Notes under the pieces: model-generated
Seen by the model: the letters and a program-made list of their open reading frames with translations, nothing else
What the model was told of the DNA's origin: nothing
Database searches by the model: none
Assembly (NCBI GenBank): GCA_964270895.1
Contig: OZ185436.1
From: Podarcis filfolensis
Taxonomy: Eukaryota
Length of the DNA stretch: 64,000 bases
Reading direction: 5' to 3' (one strand)
In this document: positions 1 to 12,459 of the stretch, piece by piece
Position numbering within the stretch: the stretch's first letter is position 1
How the letters are laid out: the number at the start of each line of letters is the position of its first letter
Translations under genes and position numbers: made by a program

Positions 1-151
1 CCTGATTCAGCAGGGCTCTTCTCATGTTCTTAGGGATTTCTAAACATTATGGTACCATCGACCCCAGAAAAATTACATTTATAGGCTGGAAGGGAGGAGC
101 AACCTATATGTTACATATGTGATCACCAATTGCACAGTCAGGCATAATTTA

Positions 152-738
152 GCTTAATTTAATAGTATTTTTTATTAATTTTAACATATAAATTATAAAA
201 TGTACCACAAAACTTATCACTTATACAATCTTTTTGGACTTCCATCAGCACCTCTGATGATCCACCGTTTTAACCACTTCTGATGCATTTCTTAACTTTA
301 TATTGCCTTTACATCTCTTAACAAATCATCCTCCACCTTATCCATTTTTACAATACTTCTAATAATATTCCTCACAAAACTTCTTGCAACCCTACAAACG
401 TCGTCTGTTCTTCACAATTACTTTTCAAATAGTTCGTAAATTTACTCCAGTCTTCCGTGAATTTCTGGTCGCGCCGGTTTCGAATCCTTCCTGTTAGTTT
501 ATCTAATTTTGCATAGTCCATTAACTTCATCCTCCATTCTTCAATCGTCGGTAACTCTTCTTGCTTCCATTTTTGGGCCAATAATATTCTTCCTGCTGTT
601 ATTGCATATAAAAAGAGCTTATATTCCTTTCTATTTATATCACTCCCCACAATGCCCAATAGAAATGCTTCTGGTTTCTTTATAAATGTATATTTCAACA
701 TTTTTTTCCAACTCATTATATATCATCTCCCAGAAGCA
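152..738 (-). mobile_element. 5'-truncated L1 (LINE-1 clade) 3' fragment
   Basis: ORF 372-716 encodes the L1 ORF2 C-terminus (KKPEAFLLGIVG...PTIEEWRMKLMDY), similar to the ORF at 50551-53019. Flanked by a 16-bp direct repeat AGTCAGGCATAATTTA at 136-151 and 739-754. Confidence 0.88.
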
Positions 739-777
739 AGTCAGGCATAATTTATCAAATGTTACTATGACTATAAT

Positions 778-1530
778 TCTTTTTTAAAAATAGTTTTTAT
801 TGGTTTTTTGATATATACATCCTTTATGAAATATCTCTCTAACCATTTTCCATTTTTTCCTGCCCTCCCCTCCCCTGGACTTCCCTCATACTTCCACTTT
901 GTTTTACTTTCAATTTATTCATCCTGTGTATTATTCCCCCAATTAATTCCTAATACATTTACATCTATTTATTATTATTATATATATATATTGGTGAATG
1001 TTTACTCAAACCCTGGCAATAAGACCAACTCTTCATGTTGTCTCTTCACATATATTGTAAATGGTCCCCATTCTCTTTTAAAGTCTTTGTTGTCCCTTTC
1101 ATGTAATTTATCTGTTAATTTTGCTAATTCTACATATTCCATGAGTTTCTCTTGCCATTGTTCTTTTGCTGGGGTTTCTTGTGTCTTCCAAGCTTGTGCT
1201 AGTAGAATTCTTGCCGCTGTTGTTGCATACATAAATAATTCCCAGTTGTCATTTCTTATTTCTTGATCTAAAATCCCTAGTAAGAATGCTTCTGGTTCTT
1301 AACATTAGTCTTTTAAAACATTTTTTTCAATTCATTATATATCATTTCCCAATAATTTCTGACCTTTTTGCATTCCCACCACATATGATAAAATGTACCA
1401 TCTTTTTCTTTACATCTCCAACAAGTTTTTGATCCTGTCTTATACATTTTAGCCACTTTCTCTAGTGTAATGCACCATCTGTACATCATTTTTATATAAT
1501 TCTCTTTCAAGCTATGACGAAAATTCTGCG
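778..1530 (-). mobile_element. 5'-truncated, frameshifted L1 3' fragment
   Basis: ORFs 1313-1567 and 1002-1232 give the L1 ORF2 CCHC knuckle (CWRCKEKDGTFYHMWWEC) and C-terminus. T-rich tail near 778. No TSD identified, so boundaries are approximate. Confidence 0.85.
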
Positions 1531-1582
1531 GTGTCTGGAATTCTTTGAAGGAAAAAATGTGCTTCATTTTGCTTTAAAGGTA

Positions 1583-1802
1583 CAGTGGTACCTCAGGTTA
1601 CAGACACTTCAGGTTACAGACTCCGCTAATACAGACTCCAGAAATAATACCTCAGGTTAAGAACTTTGCTTCAGGATGAGAACAAAAATCGCATGACGGC
1701 GGCGTGGTGGCAGCGGGAGACCCCATTAGCTAAAATGGTACCTCAGGTTAAGAACAGTTTCAGCTTAAGAACGGACCTCCAGAACGAATTAAGGTACAAC
1801 TG
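1583..1802 (+). mobile_element. Tc1/mariner (Tigger-like) MITE
   Basis: Starts TA|CAGTGGTACCTC, ends GGTACAACTG|TA. Same family as 21491, 23349 and 24082. Confidence 0.85.
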
Positions 1803-3590
1803 TATAGTGTGCACGCAGTCTTAGTCATCACAATCACCACAATGCTGACTTGGCCAGAGTAGTTGAATGCTTCCATTGTGCCCAAGCCCTTGTGTTCTCC
1901 CTGCTAGTGATTGTATCTTAGAAAGAGGGCATTCAGCCTAGCTTTGCTTTTCTCTTGCCACAACACATTGCAAAACACAAGCATAGAATTCAGTGGGGTA
2001 AAAAAGCAATGTGTCTCTTGATTTTGAATGGGAAGTTGACTGGTTGGGGAAGGGCTAAGCATCTCTCCTACCCTCCTACCCTAGTCACATCCAATCTCTG
2101 TCAAATGTGTGGCAGAAGCCATGTTAGGGGAACATGGATTGAATCTGAAAATTGGGTGAGCGAGTACGGAGCACCCACTACCCCTTACTATCTCTTGGAG
2201 TTACCCTGTCACCTTTGTACTCCTCTTAAGGATGTTAATAATCCTGATCCTTTGTAGATAGTTTTGGTTAATAGGTTTTGTTAATATTTCTGTTGTTTTC
2301 TGACAAACTTTGTGAAATATATCCAATTTAAAACTAAAAGTGCACATTAGCATTCAGCTGCATTGAGCTCTCATTCGTGTTTGCATGTAACCTATGGTAA
2401 GGCCATGAAATAATATTAGAAGATCAAACTTTACATACTTGCCTCCTGTTCAAAAGAAGTAATGGGGGCAATGTCATATCCCAGAATTTTTTTATTTTTA
2501 GGGAAAGGCAAACCAACCTCCAGTTTAAAATACTTTTCTTCTTCTGCAGATTTCCACCAGTATTTCATAATGGGGAATTTTGAACTTCAGTTGGTACAAA
2601 TAGCAGAAAACTTAACTGGATTTTTGTAAAATTGGGGGCATAGTCCCAATTTTGGATTTTTTGAAAAGTTGAGATATAGCTCCCAAACTTGGAGATAGTT
2701 TTTCAAAATGGATTTTAACTTTAAAATCTTTAGTGTGGGGGTGTTCAATACATGTGAATACAAATGTGCATGGTTTTTTTTTAATGTTTGATTATTACAA
2801 AATTGGATAAATTAACAGGATTTTTTTACTTTTAAAACTTTGTCTCCAGAAGAGTAAAACGACTAGTATCTTTAAAGCAATATCTGTGCGGAACTGTCTT
2901 GCTGTAGAGTGAAGTTACAATTGACAGATGTTTCCATTCTGTCTTTATCTAGGTACAAATCTGCAAACCCTTTCACCACAGGTACAGTTATACCTAAGAT
3001 CCCTATCTATATTCCACTGCAAGTTTGCTAGCAGGTAACTAAACATAGAAACATTAAAATGGTACGCACCTCCCACTGCTGTATGAAATGTACTGAACAA
3101 TTTCCATGTAACTTTAGCATACTAAGCGTATTGATCTGTCATGCCCACCTTTATCCAAATAGGTGTGGTGACAGCACAATTTACAACACCAAACCAATCA
3201 AGACGTAAGTCCTGCATTGAACTGAGTCGTGTATATGCAATAAGGTGCTGTGTATGCTATATCCATCCATTAGTGCACAGCTGATCAGCATGTAGGTCTT
3301 CACATGTAGCTTCCGCTGCTTGACTGGGGCTGTTGCTCAACAAAAGCACATCACTTGTTGGTGGGGATAGGGGTTGAGGGACTGAATCTACTAGCTCCCC
3401 ATTTTCCTTTCAACAGGGAACCTGTAGACCATAATGTGCTTAACATTTCTTGCAAGAATTTCTGAATCTGGGCCTAGACTAATGCTAGTCAGAAATATGG
3501 AACACTAAAGTTGGTATATTTTGAAACTGAAGGGGCAGATAATGACAGCAGATCTGTGACAAAAGGAAATTTCAGATAATTTGAATATAG

Positions 3591-3729
3591 CAAAGATGGG
3601 GAACCTGTGGCCCTCGAGAGGTTGCTGGACTACAACTCCCATCATCCCTGAACACTGGACACGGTGGTTGAGGGTGATGGGAGATGGAGTCCAACAACCT
3701 CTCGAGGGCCACAGGTTCCCCCATCCTTG
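3591..3729. mobile_element. palindromic hAT-type MITE
   Basis: Long near-perfect inverted arms (GGGGAACCTGTGGCCCTCGAGAGGTTG / CAACCTCTCGAGGGCCACAGGTTCCCC). 8-bp TSD GAATATAG/GAATAAAG. Confidence 0.85.
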
Positions 3730-5227
3730 GAATAAAGAATGTTTGTTTGAAATGTATACCTTCAGTATTTTTATTCAATAATCTAATGTCTTTGAAAGCT
3801 GTCAGCATGGCTTTAAAAAATCTCATTTGTTTGGGTTATTGTAAAAAATGAAACCTTTCACAGAAGAATGAGATAAAAAAGTGTGTTCATTTTATGGATG
3901 GTTTACTAGTGATTAAACACTGATGAATCAATCGGTTTCAATAAATTATTTTAACACAATGTACAGTTTTGTATCGTCCCCACAGCATACTTGCTTAACA
4001 TGTGCAGTACGATCCTAAGTATGGTTACTAAAATATATCCCACTGAGTTCAATAGAACTTACCTTCTGGGAAGTGCATTAAGGATTGGAGCCTCAACTAT
4101 GCATAAACAACTCTAATTCAGAGCAATCCTATGTATGTCTATATAGAAATTCTGTTGTGTTCTCAGGAGTTTAAATGCGAATAGTCAACACTGAACACAG
4201 TGGGTCTTACTTCTGTGTAAATTTGCATAGAATTGCTTCTTTAAAATAGCTATTTTAATTTTTTGGTAAAAAAGCGTAAGTCCTAATTAACCTTTTATTC
4301 TAGGCAGTGCTTGGAAAATGAGGACTGCTAATATAAGGTGAAATGAGGTTGTATTTTTCTAAGGCGTAATTGTTCACATTGTGAAGCACAAACAACTCCT
4401 AATAACCGAGCTCTAGTGCCATGCACAAGGCACCTCTGTATGACGAGTCTCGGTGCAAATCAGGGCCAATCTGATGGTGCATAAATATTCAAATCCTCTG
4501 TAGAGAATGAGCACACCTGGCTTTATTACAGGGTAACACATTCTAACAAAGAGAAGGTGATCAATATGGATGTCACAGCAAAGCCCTGTGTTCTCCTTTG
4601 AATGTGAAGTACAGTTGCTTGCACATCAATAACTTGAGCATCAAAGGAGCAGCACATTTTAATGAGCCATTTCAACAGTTTTGTTTGAAAAGAATTGTTT
4701 TAAATTCATTTTAAAGCACCATCACCCATCTCAATCACCCATCTTAGTGTTTATTATGTAGAATGGCATTAAGGTTATATTTACATACAATCACAGGTTT
4801 GGGGAACTTGATGGCACTGAATATTGTCGTATTCTGCCATTGAAATGAAGGCTAGAGCAGAGGGGTTTTAAGAACTAGATCACATTGTAAAACTAGTTAC
4901 AATAAAAGTGTCAAGTCATGGTCAGCAACCACATACCAGCCAGACGAAAGTCAGAACAGGAGCACTTCAATGACAGATCAGGGACACCCTTACATTAACT
5001 GTTGCAGAGAATTAAAATAAATGTTACTCAATACAAAGAAAAAACTACCGGTAATAATATAATTTTAAACAATACTGTGAGTTTCTTCCATCAACTATTT
5101 GGACACTTCCTGCTCTTCAGTCTATATCACTCAGTCAAGAGGTGGCTAGGTTGATTGTGGGGACAAACTATCACAAGCATACAATGTTTTGCTTGCAGGA
5201 TTTTCACTGGCTGACAATCTGCCACAG

Positions 5228-5668
5228 GGCCAATTTTAAGGTGTTGGCATTAACATATAAGGCCCTATACACCTGAGAACCAGGTTACTTGAGAGACCAG
5301 CTTATCCCTTATGTATGTGGAAGATCACTGTGGTCAGCGAAAGAGTTTCTTCTGCAAGTTCCAAAGATCTCAGAAGTGTGCTCTGCAGTAACTCAGATCA
5401 GGGATTTCAATATGGCTGCCTCTTATGTAAAACAGTATCACTGTTGTCAGGTGCCCAGTATCTGCACTTTCTGGAAACAATTGAACATCTGGCAGTCTTT
5501 CTCTGCTGGATAAATGGGTCTTTGCCACAAGTGTCTGCTTTGTATTGTTTCAGTTTTGTTTTAAATGTATCCACTGGGTTTTTAACTGGGTTTTTTTTTG
5601 CTCTTTTTATTCTATATCAGCTTGGGATGATTGTGTAGAAGACATTTAATAAACAAATTAATAATAAT
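5228..5668 (+). mobile_element. degraded L2 LINE 3' fragment
   Basis: Decayed 'FKVLALTYKALY' motif. Similar to the L2 copy at 43944-44353. Confidence 0.6.
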
Positions 5669-5974
5669 ATAGATGCACTTCTAAAAAAAGAACCTATGAT
5701 TCTTTTTTCAGGATTCTAGCTTGCACCGGCCCTACCATTTGGTAGAATGACGCTGCAGCAGCAGGGAGGAGCATCCATGTGTTAGTTGACAGGGGTGTTT
5801 GTGCCACATGGCCTGCCCTGGGCCCACTCTATTCAGTTGTGATGGGAGATGCTGTCCCTTCTCCATTGTTGAAGTAAGATTCTACTGGAGTCTCATCAGT
5901 TTTCATATGAGGAATGGGAAACACTAGCTAGTCTTTCACCCAATGCTGGATTTACATATAAGCTAAACTAGATA

Positions 5975-6270
5975 TAGCTTAGGGCCCCACTCTCTTGGGG
6001 CCCCCCAAAAAAAATTAAAGGGAAAAAACCACTGGGTGTACATTTCCCAAATTCTTAATTGTATTTCAGTTCAACAATTACTTTGATAAAATACATATCT
6101 TGTTATATGCAAATAGCTTTAGATACCTATTAGGTCCATAAATTACCATATAGCATACATTCAACACAAAAAACAGCGACCATTTGTTGTTGACAAAGGA
6201 CAGCTGGACATATAAAAGGCCCCATTAACTTCAGTAGCTTAGGGCCTCATCAAACCTAAATCCAGCCCTG
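5975..6270. mobile_element. hAT-like DNA transposon fragment
   Basis: Ends in ...CCTAAATCCAGCCCTG (CAGGG-type TIR). Internal repeat TAGCTTAGGGCC near both ends. Confidence 0.5.
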
Positions 6271-6724
6271 CTTTCACCTCAGGTAGAAAAAGACATTGGG
6301 CCAGCCCTTATTCTAACATTAGGTAGCAGTGCCAAATAGCACCAGAGATGTTTTTATTTATTTATTTAAGAAAAGTACACCCTCTTTTTCATCATATGTC
6401 TCAAAGTGGCTTACATAGTGGCTTACATAGATTAAAACATTTCACAGCAGAATAGTAGAACAACATTCATGGTGCTGGAGCAACTGGCTAAAATGTTTTA
6501 AAATGTTTCAAACGGTTCTAATGTTGGTTCATCTGTTTTGTTTTTGCTGGGTTGATGTTGGTTAAATGTTTAGTTGGGGCTGGTGGTTATTTTAATTTTG
6601 GTATAACTGCAAACTGTTATACCAACAGGGCGGGATATAAATAAAAATGTATTATTGTTGTTATTGTTGTTGTTGTTGTTATTGGTTTCTATTGATTTGT
6701 TGGTTTGTTGATATTTTGTTTTTT

Positions 6725-6842
6725 AATGTTTGATGCTTTGTTGTGTTTTTATATATGTTGTAAGCCACTCATAGTGGCTGGGGAAACCCAGCAAGATTGG
6801 CGGCATATAAATAAATAAAAATATTATTTTTATTTTATTATT
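6725..6842 (+). mobile_element. L2 3' tail fragment
   Basis: GTGGCTGGGGAAACCCAGC...ATAAATAAAT, shared with the tails at 44270 and 59300. Confidence 0.6.
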
Positions 6843-8571
6843 CAAAAGCCATTTTGAAGTAAAGCCATTTTAACCCATTGCCTGAAACTTAGAGATTGTG
6901 CCTGCCTAATTTTGACTGGGCATCAAGGGCTCAGACTTGCTCAGAAAAAAGAAAAGTAAACACATGTTAAAACTGTTCTTATAATATTTTTTAAAAAACA
7001 ATTCACAAGGAACCTCCTGGACTGGTTTTTTTTTTTGGTCAAAAGTGTTAACCTCTGATTCAGAAAAATAATATTAAATGAAAATAAACATAAAAGCTTG
7101 TCTCAAAAAAGCATCCTTTTCCGGCCAAACACAGTGAAATACAACGTTTGCTTGGGGGTATCAGGTGCATCTACCACATTTTACAGCAAGCGAAGCCTGT
7201 AATATAGAACGGTTTTGATCTCCAGTAACCTGTTCACAACTGCACATATGTCATAACGGATCCTGTCTCTCTTCTCGATAAGAATCTCCAAGAGGTTTTT
7301 TTGTTGTTTGTGTTGTGTTGTGTTTTTTTTCTTTTTGACAAAGTACTGCAAGCAATTCAAAGCTGCTTGGCACACAACAAATGTGAGAAACCCATGACCA
7401 CAGACTGCCTTTAAAGCAAACCCAAGATTTGACATTACTCACATCTTCCGATACCTGTCAGAGTTCAAACAGGAAACCTGCTTTTTCCTCAAATGTCAAC
7501 AACATTATTTTTTACGAGTTGCTCTGAGGTAAAAGTCACAATGTAAGGGGCCAACTGTCTTGCAGCTTTTCATGGCCGGTGTGAGCTACTATTTTTGTAT
7601 CATTCTTGACACAATATTAAGTGAACTCTTGGGTGCTTCAGCAGAAATGGACATTTTTGCCCTGAACTCACAAAACACAGCAGCATTCTGAAAGATAGAA
7701 ATATTTCATTAACAATCCCAGCATACATGTAAAGCACATTTATACCACTTTAACAATCAATCTCAATACTTGAGATTCCCCTCAAGTATCATGGGGCCTG
7801 TAATTTACCCCTCATAGAGCTACAAATCCCAACACTCTTAACTACAGTTCCCAGAATTCTTTGAGGGCATGTAGCTTTTAGATGATGATATCTGCTAATG
7901 CCTTTTGCTGGCTTTGCTGGACAGGTGATGATGGCACTACAATCACTATTTCCAGTCAAGAAAACAGAACAAATCTCCGTCACAAACAGCTGTGGCACCA
8001 AGGGTTAAAAGTGAGGAATTTTAGATTATTTTCAGACCTATTTTGATCTTTTGTAATACCAAGACCCCAATGTTCCTTCCTTCCTTCCTTCCTTCCTGGG
8101 TGGGCAACCAGGGGTGACTGTTGCTTCACCCTTGCCAACATCCTGAAGCAGATTAGGCTACTGCATCCATTTCACAAGGTAATAGTCTATAAATGCTTTC
8201 TCAGGTCCCGTGCTGGAGGCCTTCATTTGGAGTTAGCCCATGAGTCATCATAAAATCCATGCTGTTCATTTGCTAGGAGGGCAGGGATAGGTGGATGAGT
8301 ACAGAGAGATGTGTGTTTTTAAAAAATGGCATAAAATTATTGTAAAAGTGTTAATTATAGTTTATTCAATGAGTTGGCTCAAGAGCTGCCTTTTAAACTT
8401 CCCACCCTTTTAAAAATAAATACCCTAGCTGCCATGTTTTATCCCGAAGTGTCTCTCTGAAAGCAATGACACATTATGAGATGCCCTCAGTTCAGGGCAT
8501 TGGCAATTCCATTTTTTCTTTTCTTTTAACATGCAGGTTTGATTTTTCCCTTTTTTATAATAATTTTTATT

Positions 8572-9175
8572 TGTTGTTGTTGTTTAGTCGTTTAGTTGTG
8601 TCCGACTCTTCGTGAACCCATGGACCAGAGCACGCCAGGCACTTCTGTCTTCCACTGTCTCACGCAGTTTGGTCAGACTCATGTTTGTAGCTTCGAGAAC
8701 ACTGTCCAACCATCTCGTCCTCTGTCGTCCCCTTCTCCTTGTGCCCTCCATCTTTCCCAACATCAGGGTCTTTTCCAGGGAGTCTTCTCTTCTCATGAGG
8801 TGGCCAAAGTATTGGAGCCTCAGCTTCAGGATCTGTCCTTCCAGTGAGCACTCAGGGGTGATTTCCTTCAAAATGGAGAGGTTTGATCTTCTTGCAGTCC
8901 ATGGGACTCTCAAGAGTCTCTTCCAGCCAGTGGCGTAGCGTGGGTTGTCAGCATCCGGGGCAAGGCAAGTAATTTGTGTCCCCTAACCCGTGCATTTGCG
9001 CCCTCTAACCCGTGGATTTGCGCCCCCTAACCCTAACCCCCAGATGTTGCGCCCGGTGCGGCTGGCCCCCCTGCACCCCCCACGCTACGCCACTGCTTCC
9101 AGCACCATAATTCAAAAGCATCAATTCTTCGACAATCAGCCTTCTTTATGGTCCAGCTCTCACTTCCATACATAC
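8572..9175 (-). mobile_element. Bov-B (RTE clade) LINE 3' fragment, interrupted by a hAT MITE
   Basis: ORF 8584-8913 (RVPWTARRSN...LKLRLQYFGHLMRR...SRTQLND) and 9104-9175 (MYGSESWTIKKADCRRIDAFELWCW) match the Bov-B RT C-terminus. (CAA)n tail at 8572-8584. Confidence 0.92.
8928..9095. mobile_element. hAT MITE with telomere-like internal repeats
   Basis: Perfect 17-bp TIR CAGTGGCGTAGCGTGGG (8928-8944 / 9079-9095). Perfect 8-bp TSD CTTCCAGC (8920-8927, 9096-9103). Confidence 0.92.
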
Positions 9176-12123
9176 AATAATTTTTATTAGTTTTTCCAAA
9201 TATTTTCCACCATAACATCAATTTAATAAATAAAATAAAGAAACATTTGGCTATATAAGCCAGGCTAGGCAATTCCATTTTCAACCTACATGGCAGGAGT
9301 CCCCCTCTGACTAGTAATTCCAAATGTGCTTCTCAGTTCTACTTTTCTAGAAAAAGAGGTGCTGGGACTCACGCCTCCCTTGTTCTGTTAGAATGCCAAT
9401 GGTGCCCACCTGAGAGGTGCTGGAATTGAGTTCTGTTGAGTTCCTGCTGATACAAAGCCCTAGTGCATCTACTTATGGGTGGCTTTTACCTGCTGTTCCC
9501 AGGTACTTTTTGGACTCCATGTCACGTAGTGTTTGGCAACCCTTGGTGTGAACCCACCTGTCCTTCCGGTCATTGTGTCGTTGAACTGCCCTGGCTGAAG
9601 GAATTAATTCCTAGAGTGCTACTGGGTGGTGGGAGAATGAAGAACAGCTGACCATTTTTGACACTGACTGAAAATGAATAAAGGGGGAAAATTAGCCTAT
9701 GGGGAAACTGCTTGATTGGGAAAACTTTCCTTGATGATTTATGAATGACAGATGAAAAAATGCATTGTGAAAAAGGACACACAGGCGGTTCCATTACTAT
9801 CATCTTGCTTTTTACATGTCATTCCGAAATACATTTTTATAGTGTGCATAATCAAGAGGCAGACCATATGGCAAAACCTTGTCATTCTAAAAAAGAAAAT
9901 CACATCAAATCCATTGAGCTCAGCTGTACAGCTGGCTTGTTTAAGAACAGCTGGTTGGCATTAAGAATACTAATAATGCTCATAGGGAGAACTACATGTG
10001 GAGGCAGCAGGAATGAGACCAAATGGTCCACACACATCAGCTGATTTCTGCAGAGATCAAGGAGGGTTTCTTTTTTTGTGAGCAGAAATGCATAACAGAT
10101 TAGCTTTGTTACTTGTATGAATAACACATTTGACTTGTTTCTGCTACCTCAAACTTTGAGAGTTGCAACAAGGCATAGAGTGCATTCATTGACAAAGCTA
10201 CAGTTGCATGCTGACCTTAGAGACAGGCACATATTGTTGTGCTGTATGTCAGTTGCAATCCTGCTCACAAACCTTATGTAGTCGGATATAGGAAGCATGC
10301 AGACTTGTGCGGCCATGCCTGGATCTATGATGGTGTAGGGATCAAAGGCTGCCGCTTTGCAACAAGATATAGTTCTTTGTTCTTTGCCTGAACTCAAGGA
10401 ACTGTGGTTTCTTCTAACTCTGGTTAGCAAACCAGCATCAAACTGCATCAAACTTATTTATTAGCTAGTTAGGATAAACCATAGTTCCCTGACTTCAGTT
10501 GTAATAGGGAACCATAGTTTGCTGAAAAGTGAAAGCCTTTCATCTTCTCCTTGCACATAGGGAGGAGTTGTGGTGGGAGATGGATCAGTGGGGATGGGAG
10601 GTAGACCATGAGGGCTGGACCCAGGGGGGCATAAGTCTATGGCTCCTCACAACGACACTTAGAAGGGAAGAAAACACAACAGGGCTGGATTAGTATGTTT
10701 TGAAGACAGTGAAGAAATGCACATGGCAATTGAAAGAGCACCACTCACTCCAGAGTCTAGAATGATCTAAATGAGCCACTGACGGGAGCCATGTAAGCTT
10801 AAGGCTCATGCAAGTTCATTTTTGTAATGGGAATCCATCGGCATTTGGCCACTCTCTGCTTCTAGCTCTATGCTGGGCTTTCTGGATTACTGGAAGAAAT
10901 GAGATTAATTTCATATTACCTGGTGTCTGTCTCAGACTACAAGCATTTCATTTAGTTTTAAAAGAGTAAGAGCAACTGCAAGATTCAGACCAAAATCCAT
11001 TCAGTTTCTCATTCACCCCAATTAATTTGATGGCTCTGTAGGAAATGAACAACTACCTCATCACTGAGAAATGCCTTTGCTGTTGGGAAATCAACTCCTG
11101 ATGTAAATTTTGATCCATGCTGGTGGGAATGTTTCACATGAAATTAGAGCTAAGCACAGCCTAATATCAAATTAATCTACTGCTTGAAAGAGAGGAGCTC
11201 ATGTCTGCATAGAAGGCCCCAGTCACAGAATGATTATAGGCCATATTTACAAAGTTGTGAGGGAGAGGTAAGGACTCGGCTAAAGCTCAGAGGGACCCTC
11301 GCTGGTCAGCCTGCAGGGAAACAGTGAGTTCTATATCAGAAAATGTGGGATGAGGCCTGACAGCAAAAGCTTCAGTTGGAATTATTATGTACTGATTCTT
11401 GTTCTTGAATGCTTTGAGCTGGTAAAGCAATCTGGTCATATAAAGCTCTCTTGTTATGCTTCCTTGTTTAGAATAGAAATTCCAGGGATTGAAAATGGGG
11501 TGTTTTATATGATGTGTACACATAGCATAGTCTCAGACACTAAGCTACAGGCCCAAAAAACCTCCAAGATAATTAGAGTTTATTCTTATGACTTTTAGAT
11601 TGCCATGGATGACTCCCCCTGCTTTCAAACTGCTTTTAATTGACATTTTAATGCTCTGTGTATAACTATCCTTTAACAAAAAAATCTTAAAAAAATATTT
11701 ATACTGCTTTATTCTGCTGGGATTCTTTTGACTGCTACCGTAATATTGTTTTAACATTTTTAGACTAAGGCTTTATGGATTGTATATGTTATTATGACAT
11801 ATTATTTTTTAATATGTGACTCTTTTCTAGGTTCAGAAGCTGAGGAAGGAAGAAGCATTGTGGTCTTTGGGAGGGAAACCGAGACATGAAGAGGGGAGAT
11901 TGTTTGGTCCTGAGGGGAAACAGAAACAGATGGCAGAGAGGAGGTATTGTGGTCCTAGAGAGGGGCTCTCTGAGGGGAGAAAACTGAGGCAGAGAGAGAA
12001 GATGTGGTCTTGAAGGTAAACTCACTTAGTGACCCAAGGGTTCAAGGTCTCACATGATGACCTAAGGGTTCAGGCAGGAGGACATGAGAAAAGACAGGTA
12101 AACAGGGTAAATGGGTCCTAGAT

Positions 12124-12459
12124 CAGGGGTCACCAACCTAAGGCCCATGGGCCGGAAGCAGCCCGTGGAGGTTGTTTGACCGGCCCACAAGCGGCCCCTG
12201 AACTGAGGTGCCCGCTTGCGCGCTGTGCTAAACTGGCACAGTGTGGCACAGGGACTTGCTTCTGTGGTGCCGGAAATCATATCTGCGCACACGCAGATCC
12301 CAGAAATCACATCTGCACAGACGCAGACTCAAAAAATCATGGGCACACACATGCAGACACTGAAAATCACGGGTGCTCATGCATGCGAGAGATCCAGCCC
12401 ATGGAGGGATCTCTGTGGGACCAATCCGGCCCAGGTGAGATAAACCTTGCCGACCCCTG
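12124..12459 (+). mobile_element. hAT (Charlie-like) MITE
   Basis: TIRs CAGGGGTC...GACCCCTG. Alignable by eye along its length to 36383-36715. TSD degenerate. Confidence 0.82.
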
